From: Trypanosoma brucei
Taxonomy: Eukaryota
Direction of reading: 5' to 3'
Length of the DNA stretch: 64,000 bases
Assembly (NCBI GenBank): GCA_000002445.1
Contig: CH464491.1
Span: forward strand, 896,001 to 960,000
This document shows, piece by piece, positions 39,895-50,247 of this stretch (position 1 is the stretch's first letter; every line of letters begins with the position of its first letter). The position numbers were made by a program, and so were the translations under genes. The notes under the pieces were generated by a model. The model worked only from the letters and a program-made list of their open reading frames with translations, was not told the origin of the DNA and did no database searches.

Positions 39895-42800
39895 ATGAGG
39901 CGAGTACATCAGATTCCCTGTAAAAAACTGTTTAGGCAGTTGGGGCGTAGGGGAATATTATCCACACCGCCATCGCCAGTGGAGTCAGCAGAACCCACAA
40001 CCATCCGCTCAAGGGGCTACGGACCCAGTAAACATTTACTGCGCGGTGTTGACGCGACACGCGGCGTCGTTGTGGAAGCAGCCCTCAGCCCAGCGGATGT
40101 TGAGATGCAGCGCCGCGTTCTTTCGATGGCGAATCCAAATGTGGCGATCCACGCCAAACTTGAGGGTGAGCCTTCACCCGTTCATTCTGGCACCAACTCC
40201 CTTCATGGTGACGACCAGCGTCTGGCCGACCGTGCAGGTGTTGCTTCATCGGAGCAGTTAGCCTCTGTGGCAACTGTTATATTGGATGAGGTGAAGGAGC
40301 AATTGCAGCTCAACCTCAGCGCTGCGGATGCCTCACAAGATAGTCGAGCAGCCACTGTAGTGAATGCCGTCGCGGAGTGCCTGCGGAATGAGGTGGACCG
40401 CCTCATTCACGCGAACCACACGCAGGAGTCGTCCATTACCCGAGTGTTGAGGGAAAATACAGACCTGATTTGCAAGCGCGTCGCCGATGTCATATGCTCG
40501 GAGCAGCTGAAAACACTATCATTCAAGGACGTAGGTCAACTTCCGCAGGTCATCAAAGAGGTGGGAACGTCCCTTGTGAGGTTAGAGAGCGCCTTGAAGA
40601 GTGCACTGGATTCGAGCTTTGGAAAAGACAAAAATCTCGAAGAAGTATTGGGAGATTTGCGCGAACACATTGTCTCTGCCATCGAGCAAGCCTCGCATTT
40701 CCAACAGGAGCGACTTCTCGCTTCTGTGAGTGATTTACTGGCCGACTGCGCCGATGCGCAAGACAGCAAGTCACGTTTGGCTCAGGCTGCGAGTCTGAAG
40801 GTAATCGAAAAGAACGTGAGGGATGCCATGTCACAGATGGTGGAGGACACGCAACATAAGGTCCAGTCTGTATTGCGTGACCTCCGTGGGAGTGCTTCGA
40901 CCTCTGATGCCGCTGGAAGTACGACGAACGTAAGCAGCGGTAACGAGGTGGCGTTCGAGCGAATTTTAGCATCTTACGGCGAACGTCTTGAAGAACTGCG
41001 TGAGTCAACAGCTGCGGCCGTTGACCTTAAGGAGCTTATGATGGAAATTCATAGCATGCATCAGACAAGTGCAGGAGATGTGAGTGAAGTCAAAAACCTT
41101 GTGAAGAAACTAAAGAGAGAATTGATAAGCGCTCTCCAACCCTCCAACACTGAAAACACTGAAGGCAGCACTGTGGAACGTAAGTCCAGTGACACAATAG
41201 ATTACAATGGGATTTTTGCGGATAAATTGGACGCATTGGCAGACGATGTAATATCAAGGATAGATGGGCGACTGAAGGAGCAGCACGCTGATGTGAGGGA
41301 ACTGTCGGCGAGGCTTCTCCAGCTTGAAGATGTGATCAAGAAAACTCCCCGTGCTGCTCTCCAGGTGGGGTCAGTGCCTGAGCTGAACGACGACCGGCTG
41401 CTGGCGTTGGCACAAAGTATCAGTGAGAGTATTTTATCATCTCTTCCCCCGCATTCCGCCCCCGCTGTAGAGGAAAAAGAGCAACAGGAGCCACCGCGAC
41501 CGAGCGTCAGCACAGCGGTTGCCACTACTGCACACACCTTTACAGCAACAGAGCTCGCGGAGGCTGTGTCAGCTGCTCTCACCCCGAGACTGGATGAATT
41601 GGCGGCAGCCATCCAAAAGAAAGTGGCACCTACCTCCACTGCCTCGGGCAACGAATACGACAACAGACACATGGGTGAAACACAACTCGTAACCGTCGCA
41701 CAAACGATATGTGAAGGAGTGCGGGAAGCAGTTAGGGAAAGTATGGCCCTTTACAAACCACCCGTCGCCTCACCACCCACCCCGGCCCCGGGAGCAGTTG
41801 TTGCACCAGCTGTTGACACGTCTGCCTTAGAACAGGCAATGGTGACGAAAGTGGAAGATCTCAAAAGATGCGTTATGGACGCCGTGCAGGAAATGGACCG
41901 ACCACAGGAAATTGATCTCTCGCCGTTCCGTACGTACCTCGATGATGTGCTGCGCAGCATGCAGACAACTCTGAGCAAGCAGCAGCAAGCGACACAGGAC
42001 AAGGTTGATGGTGTGGTTGAAGCGCTGGCAAAGAAGCTTCAGGATTACCAACACCAATTAGAGTCGAAACTTCAAAGGCAGCACCGAGATCAAGTGGAGC
42101 AGATACAGGTTGTGCGAAGGGCACAAGAGCAAGATATGAAAGCTGATGAAGAGACGTGGAAACAACGGATGTCCCGGAACCAAGAAGACGCCGAGCAAAG
42201 GACAAACGAGCAAAAGTCTGCTGTCACGGGGGCCATGCAAGAGGTGTTTCTGCAAGTCAGGCAGCGGCTGACAGAAGATGTTCGCACACTTCTGAAAGGT
42301 GAAGTGGCCGCTGCCCTCATACCACTCGATGACCTTTACAAAGAGTTACGTGAAAGTGGGCAAAAGTCGCGTACCGCCTTGGAGGCGAAGTTGCGTTCTG
42401 TCGAGGACACACTGCAGTCCGTCCTTGACTCTGAACGACACCGCTCAGATCGTCTACAGGCAACACTTGACGACGTTATAGCATGTATTAAAAATAACTC
42501 GGGTGAAGTGAGCGGTTCGGAAACCGAAGCGTTGAAGTCCCTTAAAAGGCTATTGGAAGACCTCGCTGAGCGCAACACCGCTACCGGAATGGAAATATGT
42601 TCTGACGTGAAGGCTTCTTTAGAACGTACAGAAGAACTTCACGTTCAAACTGCAGAGAAGATGTTGAGGGGGTTTGATACGCTGAAGTATGAGATTCACG
42701 AAGGACGGCAACAACTTGACCAGCTCCTATCGTCCAACCAGCAGAATAAAGATGTTGCACTTGCTGTCGAGGCCATGCGCACGAAACTGGACGAAGTCCG

Positions 42801-44400
42801 TTATTCCCTCGACTGCATTATGGCATCTGTCCGTGAGATGCAAGAACACCCCATGAGACAATTACAAGAGCCGCAGCAGCAGCAGCAGTCCTTACTTAGC
42901 GAAACTGAAGTGAAGAGTCCAATAGATGACAAGGTGTTGGAGCAGTATGAGCAACGACAGCGAGAGGCATCCGATTTAATTGCGTCGCGTCTCGAAACCC
43001 TCTCGGCAACAACTCGTGAGGTTCTTTCGCAACTCCAACGGCAGCAGCCACGAAGATCGGAGGAGGAGATGGGTTCGCAGCCGGCCGTAACCACAAATTT
43101 AAGTGTGGAGAGTCTGCAAGCTATGGAGGGTCGTTTAGGTGAACGCATGCAGGCATTGCAGGCTGCGCTTGATGAGCTGACAAAAGTCAGTGCCAGTGTT
43201 CCTCCTACAACAGAGGTTTTCAGGAAAGACGAGGTAGACGGTGTTGAGGGAAGCAAAAGCTTCATAAAGGAAGTTGATGAGCTCATGACGCTCGTGAAGT
43301 CGTCGCGAAGTGTACAGGCGAAGCAAATGTGGGAGAGGCTGAGCATCTTGCGCACATCTCTGGTTGATGTGAGTACGAAAAAAACTGGAGACACCAACAT
43401 TAAACAACTGTTGGGGGCTCTGGAGGAAAATCGTCTGAAGCTGCGAGAGGAAATGGGGGAAGCAGAGAGAGAATTGGTTATAAAAATTGATGCCGCAACA
43501 CAGAAAGCGGTAGAGCACTTTGCTGCTCGTATAGAGAGGGCCGTTAAGGCGTCAGCAGATGCGGGGCTGGGGCAGCTGCGCAACGATCTCAAAGAAAGTA
43601 GTGAGATATTGAAAGCACACCAGCACCAGTTTTCGTCGCAGCTGCAGGATAGAATGACTAACATAGAGAGAACAAATAGGGAGTGCGCCGCTGAGTTAAA
43701 AGAAAAGTTGCGGGACACCAGCAAGGAGTATCATAATGCTTTGGGACAGTTTGTGAAAAACGATATGATTGCAGCCCTGCGTAGTACTGTTAATGAGGCG
43801 ACTACCCAGCAGATGCGTACCTTCACGCAACAGTTCACTTGGCAAAAGGAACGAGAGGAAACGAACAAAGAGGCGGTGATGCGGAGCGTTCAACAGGTTT
43901 CCCAAGGAGTTGGCAAACTCCAATCAATGAGCAGTGAGGTACGCACAGCCGTAACCAGCAGTTCGGCAGGTGTCGTTCAGGAGGTGAGGAACGCACAGAA
44001 GGACCTCGCGGTGCTTTTCGAGAAACGGCTTGCTGCCGTGTTAGAGCAGCAGAAAAAGCAGCAAGTGGTTCAAGTATTGTCGCCTGTGCGAGTCGGGGAA
44101 GCCGATTCTTCAAACGGTATTCCAAGTGAGACCACCGACACGCCTTCGCTTGTCACGATGGTAAATCCACAGGGGGCGTCCCACCTTTCATGGTTTTTGC
44201 TGTCGCAATCGGTTGTGACTATCATCACCATCATGCTGTGCGCATACTTTTTATTTGCGGCCTTCCTTGTTGCCTTCGTGCCTATTCCACTTACTGATGA
44301 ATTTGCCTCACACATGGAGCAGGCAGCGGATAATGATGTCTCTGAAATTGCCCTCAAGAGGCCGTTAGTCTCACGTGTAGCGGACCGGGTAATTCTATAA
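39895..44400 (+). CDS. Hypothetical large coiled-coil protein (1,501 aa) with a single C-terminal transmembrane helix
   Basis: It is a clean 4.5-kb ORF with heptad-like E/K/Q/L-rich composition throughout. The hydrophobic stretch SWFLLSQSVVTIITIMLCAYFLFAAFLVAFVPIPL (about nt 44187-44292) is followed by a ~35-aa tail. The ORF length, the polypyrimidine tract upstream and the orientation matching its neighbours support it as a real gene. It has no recognisable catalytic domain. Confidence 0.6.
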   Translation: MRRVHQIPCKKLFRQLGRRGILSTPPSPVESAEPTTIRSRGYGPSKHLLRGVDATRGVVVEAALSPADVEMQRRVLSMANPNVAIHAKLEGEPSPVHSGTNSLHGDDQRLADRAGVASSEQLASVATVILDEVKEQLQLNLSAADASQDSRAATVVNAVAECLRNEVDRLIHANHTQESSITRVLRENTDLICKRVADVICSEQLKTLSFKDVGQLPQVIKEVGTSLVRLESALKSALDSSFGKDKNLEEVLGDLREHIVSAIEQASHFQQERLLASVSDLLADCADAQDSKSRLAQAASLKVIEKNVRDAMSQMVEDTQHKVQSVLRDLRGSASTSDAAGSTTNVSSGNEVAFERILASYGERLEELRESTAAAVDLKELMMEIHSMHQTSAGDVSEVKNLVKKLKRELISALQPSNTENTEGSTVERKSSDTIDYNGIFADKLDALADDVISRIDGRLKEQHADVRELSARLLQLEDVIKKTPRAALQVGSVPELNDDRLLALAQSISESILSSLPPHSAPAVEEKEQQEPPRPSVSTAVATTAHTFTATELAEAVSAALTPRLDELAAAIQKKVAPTSTASGNEYDNRHMGETQLVTVAQTICEGVREAVRESMALYKPPVASPPTPAPGAVVAPAVDTSALEQAMVTKVEDLKRCVMDAVQEMDRPQEIDLSPFRTYLDDVLRSMQTTLSKQQQATQDKVDGVVEALAKKLQDYQHQLESKLQRQHRDQVEQIQVVRRAQEQDMKADEETWKQRMSRNQEDAEQRTNEQKSAVTGAMQEVFLQVRQRLTEDVRTLLKGEVAAALIPLDDLYKELRESGQKSRTALEAKLRSVEDTLQSVLDSERHRSDRLQATLDDVIACIKNNSGEVSGSETEALKSLKRLLEDLAERNTATGMEICSDVKASLERTEELHVQTAEKMLRGFDTLKYEIHEGRQQLDQLLSSNQQNKDVALAVEAMRTKLDEVRYSLDCIMASVREMQEHPMRQLQEPQQQQQSLLSETEVKSPIDDKVLEQYEQRQREASDLIASRLETLSATTREVLSQLQRQQPRRSEEEMGSQPAVTTNLSVESLQAMEGRLGERMQALQAALDELTKVSASVPPTTEVFRKDEVDGVEGSKSFIKEVDELMTLVKSSRSVQAKQMWERLSILRTSLVDVSTKKTGDTNIKQLLGALEENRLKLREEMGEAERELVIKIDAATQKAVEHFAARIERAVKASADAGLGQLRNDLKESSEILKAHQHQFSSQLQDRMTNIERTNRECAAELKEKLRDTSKEYHNALGQFVKNDMIAALRSTVNEATTQQMRTFTQQFTWQKEREETNKEAVMRSVQQVSQGVGKLQSMSSEVRTAVTSSSAGVVQEVRNAQKDLAVLFEKRLAAVLEQQKKQQVVQVLSPVRVGEADSSNGIPSETTDTPSLVTMVNPQGASHLSWFLLSQSVVTIITIMLCAYFLFAAFLVAFVPIPLTDEFASHMEQAADNDVSEIALKRPLVSRVADRVIL

Positions 44401-45886
44401 CCTCCTTTTTTGTTCGTTTCAATCTTCCTTTTATTCTTCCACCACCTCTCACGCCCCTACATGTACACCCACATTTCATATATTTGGTGTGTAGTAAACA
44501 TTTTTCTCCCCATAGATGGGTGACATTCCAGCGTAACTACTTCGTCTTTAAGGTTGGTGTTGGCGTACGTTGGATTTGGCATGTGACCCCCTACCACTTT
44601 GTGTTGCTGGTGGCAGGCGTTGTCTTATTATTATTATTGTGTATGTGTGTGTGTATTTATGTGTTTCTTTATTTGTTTGGTGGAAAAACTTGGGAGCGAC
44701 GCCGCTGCGTTCGAAGGAACAGGGAAAGGAAACAGATAAGTATACGCCCGCTTTTTGCATTCCACTCTGTTAAATGTTCTTCCATCTTTTTTTTTGTTAT
44801 CTTCCCCCCTTATCCCTCATATATCCACGTCTGTTGCACACGTCGTCTCGTTTGCAGCCACCGGAGGCCCGTTGCGTCGACTGGTTCTGTGGGCGAGAAG
44901 GTTGCCGCAAGATGTTTTTGATTACTTCCTCTTCGTTAAACTTATTGTTTTCAGCTGTTAGTTGGTTGTATCTGGTGCCTGTTTCCTCATTTATTTATTC
45001 CGCTCTCGGTGTGATGCTCCACACATTAGTTTGAGATCATTCCCACTGACGTTGCCTTCGTATTCCGCTGATATTTTACTCTCTTGTCTTGTTTATCATT
45101 GCTTGTTTTCGCATTTCCTTTCGTCTTTATGGGGTTGTTCAAAAAAAAAAAACGAAATCAGCTAAAGGTTACTTAAAAGAAGAGGTCTAAGGAAAGTTGA
45201 GAGGGGGAGTAGCGTACGCGGTCGGGCGCAACAAAGAGAAGTAAAAGGTTAACCCTTTCTTTGTTTGAGTGCAGTGCCTTTTTCCCACGCGCACAAAAAA
45301 AAAGAAAAGAGAACCACGAAAACAAAGGGGGTGAGGAGAGTAAAGGAAATTTTTTTCGTAAAATTTAAGGCGGAGGGCGGACGAAGCGATATATACTAGT
45401 GTATTAGTAAGGAGGGAAAGACAAGAGAACATCAGTAAAGGTGGCACTCAAGGGTTGCAATTAATAGAGGAGCAGGGGAAACAAACATATTAAGTTGTAT
45501 ATATATAAGGGGAGAAACAGAAAGGCATCGGTCAGGAAAGTTGTTGCGCACGCACCACTTCGGCACGCTGTCACGAACTGTGCGTGTTTGGCGAAAAGAT
45601 CAATACACATAGAAAGCGAAAGGGAGAAGAATATTCTTTCTCCTTCCCGGGAAGGAGTACTGGACTGTTTGATTGTTCGTTTTGCACACTAGCACGCGGG
45701 TGTGAAAGAGGTCGCAGGAAAAGCGCATAAGTTAGAGTCAGAGAGGGAAAAGTGTTAGATACACTTGTTCTAATATACCTCCTTGAACATATCCACTGGT
45801 CAGGGGAGTGAAGTGAAGCAACAGTGACACGGGTTGTTTCAGTTGCGTTAATAATAGTAAGAATAGCGGCGTGAGTGGGGGGTTTG

Positions 45887-48685
45887 ATGGCAGAGGTGAA
45901 GCTTCCGCGGCCGGGCCGAAGCCCCTCCTCGGGCAAAGTCACCGTCACCACCTCTTCAAAGCGCCAAGCAAAAAGCGCCCCATTCAAATTTCTCCGCAAA
46001 GATGAGGGACGGCTTTCTTACTCGTGCACACCAGAGTCCCCAGTTTCAGTGTGTGGTAATGTTTCCCACGGTAACAGTATGACTAACCGTGAGCTCGCTG
46101 CCATGGATAGGAACAGTTCCCGCTCACTCCGCGAAGCAATAGCCAATGATATGCGCAAAGGGAAAGCTAACGATCCTTTCGGCGGCTTTGAGGTCGCGGT
46201 TCCGAAGCGGGGACCACCACCTGGCGCATCGCCGCGGGAGGAACGTGGGATGTCTCTTGAAGGGTCGCAGTTGCATGACAACGTAAGTGTATCATCCCCT
46301 CCTGCTGCCGTGCAGCACACCTCTTCCCGCCTGGCTGTGGGAGACGCTAACCATAGCGAATCCATCGGGGACAAGTCCGTCAGCACGAAACGACTTGAAT
46401 CCCGTACTTCAGACGAGTCGGAAAGAACAGTAGAACCCCAGCCACAACAACACCAGCAGCTACAGTTGCAGCAACACCAACTGCAGCAGCAGCAACAAAT
46501 GCAGTTGCAACAACAGCTACAGCAGCAGCAACAGCTACAGCTTCAACAACAACAGCAACAACTGCAACTGCAACAACAGCAGCAGCAGCAAATACAACTA
46601 CAACAGCAACAGCACCAGCTACTGCCAAACCACAGTCACCAGATGCAATTGCAAACCCAACTCCCACAGCAACACCCTCCACAAGGCTATCAACAGCAGT
46701 TGCTGAATCACGGCCAGCAGTGGCAGCACTCGCAGGTGCAGGCGCAACCGCAGCCGACGCGACAGCGTGTGAGTCCAATGAACACCAACACTTTTTCGCG
46801 GAACATCGAGGAGAGTGAGTTGGGCGACTGGTGCCCCTCGCCGGTGCAACAACGTCGGTGGAGGAACGGGGAATCGGACAACGGACATACTCGTCGGTCG
46901 ATTGCTACCCGCTACGGTGACCCAGGAGAACTAGACGGTGAATATGTGAGTGGTGGAAGGAGCCTCCGCAACTATTTTCGACCTCCGCTTCCAGAATATC
47001 ATCAGCCACGTGAGGAGGAGGAGTTGGTGGGCCAGCTGGAAGAGGAATTGCGCGTCACGAAGGAGGAGCGATCCCGGTATTATCAGCTGCGCATGCAACT
47101 GGAGCGTGAGCGGCAGCGTTTCGAGGAATACCGCTCTGGAGTGGAACAGGACATGGAGGACGAACGGGTGCGGTTGGATGCCGCACGGGCTTCGGAGCAG
47201 CGCCAGGCAAAAAAGGACGTGAAGGTAGTGGAAGAGCGGTATAAATCTACTCTCGAACTTCTCAGGACAGAGCGTGATTCAAACACAAAGCTGACACAGG
47301 AAAACGAGATGCTGCGCCAGCAACTGGAGGTGACGACAGCACGGTTGCGTGAGTCGCAGAAGCTGCAAAAGGCGGAGACGAACCGGCTGCGACGTGAGAT
47401 TGAGTCTCTGACGCGGCGGAACGAAGAGCTGTTGGAATTGGCAAGAGAACAACAACTCACAGCATTAGAACGTGGTGAGACGCTGACACCACCACTGCTG
47501 TTGCACAGCGGCCCAAATATACGACATAAAGCTTCGGCTAACAGTAGTAGCGCTCCGAGGAGCGGTGAAGATGTATACGAATTGCATGGTAGTTCACTAC
47601 CCACTAGAAGCTACTCTTCTGAGCAGAATCGTTATCTGGACATTGTAGAGAGGGAGAGGAGACTAGCGGAGGAAGAGGAGCACGAGCGGAAACGGTTGGA
47701 AGCTGAGGATAGAAGACGTGCCGAGATGGAAGAAAGGCGAAGGCGCATTGAAGCCGAGGAAGCGCGGCGTGCTAAAGAGGAGGAGGAAAGGCGAAGGCGC
47801 ATTGAGGAGGAGGACCGTCGTCGCGCCCATGAAGAGGAGGAAAGGCGGAAGCGGGTTGAAGCCGAAGACAGGCGCCGCGCTGAGGAAGCGAAGCGCAAGT
47901 CTGCGGAAGCTGAAGAGAGGCGTCGTGCTGAAGAAGAGGAAAAGCGCAAACGTGCGGAAGCGGAGAACAGGAAGCGGGTTGAGGAGGACAAGGTTAGGCG
48001 CGCAGATGCGGAAGTTGCTCCGCGGCGGAAGGTAGATGCAAAGAAGGTTGTGCGGGAGGAGCGTTCGCAGGCGATCGACGAGGGCGCAACTAGCAAGAAG
48101 CTTGAGGCACGCCAGCAGCGGCGCTCCTCCGGTCATCCTGTTTTAACTCCTCGCGCGCAGAGCTCCAAAACAGCGAATTCTGCAGTAGCAACTGCCCGTG
48201 CAGCATCGCAGGCTTGCACCTACGCAACTCGCAAAGGACGCCGCGCACCCACTGCCAGCGAATTAACCGCGGACAATGAGCCCGTTCCGGATGAAGACTT
48301 TCCGAACGATACCGTCGTGTCGCAGACATCCCTAGGAGAAAATCCCAATAAGCGTGAAGTGTTGTACCGTAGCGGGAAGCGAGAGATACACTACACGAAT
48401 GGGACTCGCAAGATTATTCTTCCCTCGAGCCACGTGATGCTCTACTTCGCAAACGGAGACATCAAACGGACATTCCCCTCAGGGAAGAGCACATATTGGT
48501 ATGCTGTGGCGCAGACGACACACACACAGTATGCAGATGGAGCTCAGGTGTTTCAGTTCCATTCTACCGGGCAAGTAGAGCGCCACTTACCGGATGGAAA
48601 AAAAGAAATTCTTTACCCTGACGGTATCTACAAGGTTGTGCATCCAGACGGTAGGGATGAAACCATTTTCCCTGACGAAAGTTGA
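45887..48685 (+). CDS. SAS-4: SAS-4/CPAP-like protein. It has a polyQ tract, an E/R-rich charged repeat region and a C-terminal TCP10_C/G-box domain.
   Basis: The ORF track starts at a GTG codon (45875); the first ATG is at 45887 (MAEVKLP). The C-terminus REIHYTNGTRKIILPSSHVMLYFANGDIKRTFPSGKSTYWY...FQFHSTGQVERHLPDGKKEILYPDGIYKVVHPDGRDETIFPD shows the repeated Y/F-x-N/D-G beta-hairpin pattern of the CPAP/SAS-4 G-box (TCP10 C-terminal domain). Coiled-coil sequence precedes it. Confidence 0.7.
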   Translation: MAEVKLPRPGRSPSSGKVTVTTSSKRQAKSAPFKFLRKDEGRLSYSCTPESPVSVCGNVSHGNSMTNRELAAMDRNSSRSLREAIANDMRKGKANDPFGGFEVAVPKRGPPPGASPREERGMSLEGSQLHDNVSVSSPPAAVQHTSSRLAVGDANHSESIGDKSVSTKRLESRTSDESERTVEPQPQQHQQLQLQQHQLQQQQQMQLQQQLQQQQQLQLQQQQQQLQLQQQQQQQIQLQQQQHQLLPNHSHQMQLQTQLPQQHPPQGYQQQLLNHGQQWQHSQVQAQPQPTRQRVSPMNTNTFSRNIEESELGDWCPSPVQQRRWRNGESDNGHTRRSIATRYGDPGELDGEYVSGGRSLRNYFRPPLPEYHQPREEEELVGQLEEELRVTKEERSRYYQLRMQLERERQRFEEYRSGVEQDMEDERVRLDAARASEQRQAKKDVKVVEERYKSTLELLRTERDSNTKLTQENEMLRQQLEVTTARLRESQKLQKAETNRLRREIESLTRRNEELLELAREQQLTALERGETLTPPLLLHSGPNIRHKASANSSSAPRSGEDVYELHGSSLPTRSYSSEQNRYLDIVERERRLAEEEEHERKRLEAEDRRRAEMEERRRRIEAEEARRAKEEEERRRRIEEEDRRRAHEEEERRKRVEAEDRRRAEEAKRKSAEAEERRRAEEEEKRKRAEAENRKRVEEDKVRRADAEVAPRRKVDAKKVVREERSQAIDEGATSKKLEARQQRRSSGHPVLTPRAQSSKTANSAVATARAASQACTYATRKGRRAPTASELTADNEPVPDEDFPNDTVVSQTSLGENPNKREVLYRSGKREIHYTNGTRKIILPSSHVMLYFANGDIKRTFPSGKSTYWYAVAQTTHTQYADGAQVFQFHSTGQVERHLPDGKKEILYPDGIYKVVHPDGRDETIFPDES
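46440..46620 (+). repeat. Imperfect (CAG/CAA)n tract. It encodes the polyQ/QL-rich segment of the SAS-4-like protein.
   Basis: The translation is QQHQQLQLQQHQLQQQQQMQLQQQLQQQQQLQLQQQQQQLQLQQQQQQQIQLQQQQHQ. Confidence 0.9.
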
Positions 48686-49725
48686 GAGAGTAGTGCAATT
48701 CCTTTACTCAATTTAGTTTTTCTTGAAATAATTACCTTGTGGTGATGCCCGTAGACCTTTTTCAGGTACTAGTCAAAATGTGCGGTGTCATAGTTAAGTT
48801 TCCGACTTATTGTATGCCATCGTTTCTCCTCCTTTCTCCGTTCTATCTCCTCTTCTCACTCTACATTTCTTTCGTTTGCTCTGAGTTATATGCACCGTCC
48901 ACGAGTTTCTGCTTTTTTTTTCTGTTTTTGAGAGGGGAATGGGAAAAGATTTTACAGCTTTGTTGCTCACACCCCATATAATTTGGATGAGTGACATGCA
49001 CTTTATTGGATACGCATAATATAAGGAGGAGCAGGGGAAGTATTTTAACCCTAATGTTATCCCCTCGCGCACCCGTTCTTTCCCCTGCTTTTGTGGGGAT
49101 TTTTACTTTCTTTTTTTATCTCTCACATCTTTCTCGTTGTTTTTTTTTTTTGGTTCATCAAGCAACATTGACTTCCCACTTACCCATGCTTCTCTCGTGT
49201 TTGTGCAGCATTTTTTTTTTTTTGTATGGGTGTGTGGCTCCCTTTTATTACTTTGAAGGATGGTTTGACTTATTGTGCGCACTCATAACCACCTTTCACT
49301 GAAGGTAAAAGGGAGGTGGCACTGGACTGGGAAGAAAAAGCGAAAGAAATGACTTTGCTTCGCTGGCACACACAAATTCTACCATTATACGATGTTTGGT
49401 ATATGTTTTTGTGTGTTTAATTGCACTTGTTCTTGTGTTGCGCTAATGTGAGGGTGCTTGGTTTTATGATTTCGATGTTTTGCTTTTTTTCTTCTTTTTT
49501 TTTATACAGGAAAAAAAAAGAGAGGAAACGTAATATAACTTCACTGTTGTCGTTATCATTTGTTTCACCATTCACTGTTTGCGTGGGCCCGACTCACCTG
49601 TGGCGTCAACGTACGCTTTATGAGTTCAATTGTGCAAGTCAGCTGTCGTTGCAATAATTGATGAGAAGCAAGTGAGATTGTGGGGGGGGGGGAAAGAAAG
49701 AAAGATAAAAAGAACGGGAAAAAGT

Positions 49726-49770
49726 TATATATATATATATATATATTTATTTATTTATATTTATATATAT
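49726..49770. repeat. Compound (TA)n / (TTTA)n microsatellite, preceded by G11 at 49682-49692
   Basis: Read directly from the sequence. Confidence 0.9.
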
Positions 49771-50223
49771 ACATGCGTGTGAGTGTGTGGGTGTATATTT
49801 ACTCCTTCTTTTGTGAGAGAAGAGACATGAGTGCGGTGTTGCGCTCAATTATTTGAGGGAAGGGGTTCACCATCGGGTATTGCTATGAAGCTGAGACAAC
49901 CTCATCCCTTTCCCCCCGTCGTAACAAAAACAAAAACAAAAAAAAACAACAAAAGTGAAAGGAATGTCTGTACTTAGTTTTTACAATATAGAAAAAAAAA
50001 CGAGAGAGAGAGAGTAGGAAACGAGGCCGATGTACTTTTTTTTTGTTGTTCTCTTAATGTTTCAGTCTCCGAAAAGTGCCTCGGGAAGGGAACACGGATG
50101 AGAGCTTAACGCTCGTATTTTCCCGTTGCTTTTCCATCCCACTTCATATTTCGTTCTTTTTGTTTGCATTCCGCCGTAAACTTTCGGTGCGGGTTGCCTC
50201 CTTCTGTCCGCTGCGTTTTTCGT

Positions 50224-50247
50224 TTGTTGTTGTTGTTGTTGTTGTTG
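50224..50247. repeat. (TTG)8 microsatellite
   Basis: Read directly from the sequence. Confidence 0.9.

Noticed and set aside
42801-43724. 307-aa ORF on the - strand (S and C-rich)
   Set aside because: It is antisense to the coiled-coil gene. The complement of E, K and Q-rich codons reads as S, L and C-rich. Many other antisense ORFs over 100 aa (15505-16038, 27356-27895, 28916-29518, 47083-47604, 57642-58217 and so on) were rejected for the same reason.
44484-44921. 145-aa ORF between the coiled-coil gene and the SAS-4-like gene
   Set aside because: It is made of hydrophobic, C, V and F-rich low-complexity (LLLLLCMCVCIYVFLYLF) produced by (GT)- and T-rich DNA. It is not protein-like.
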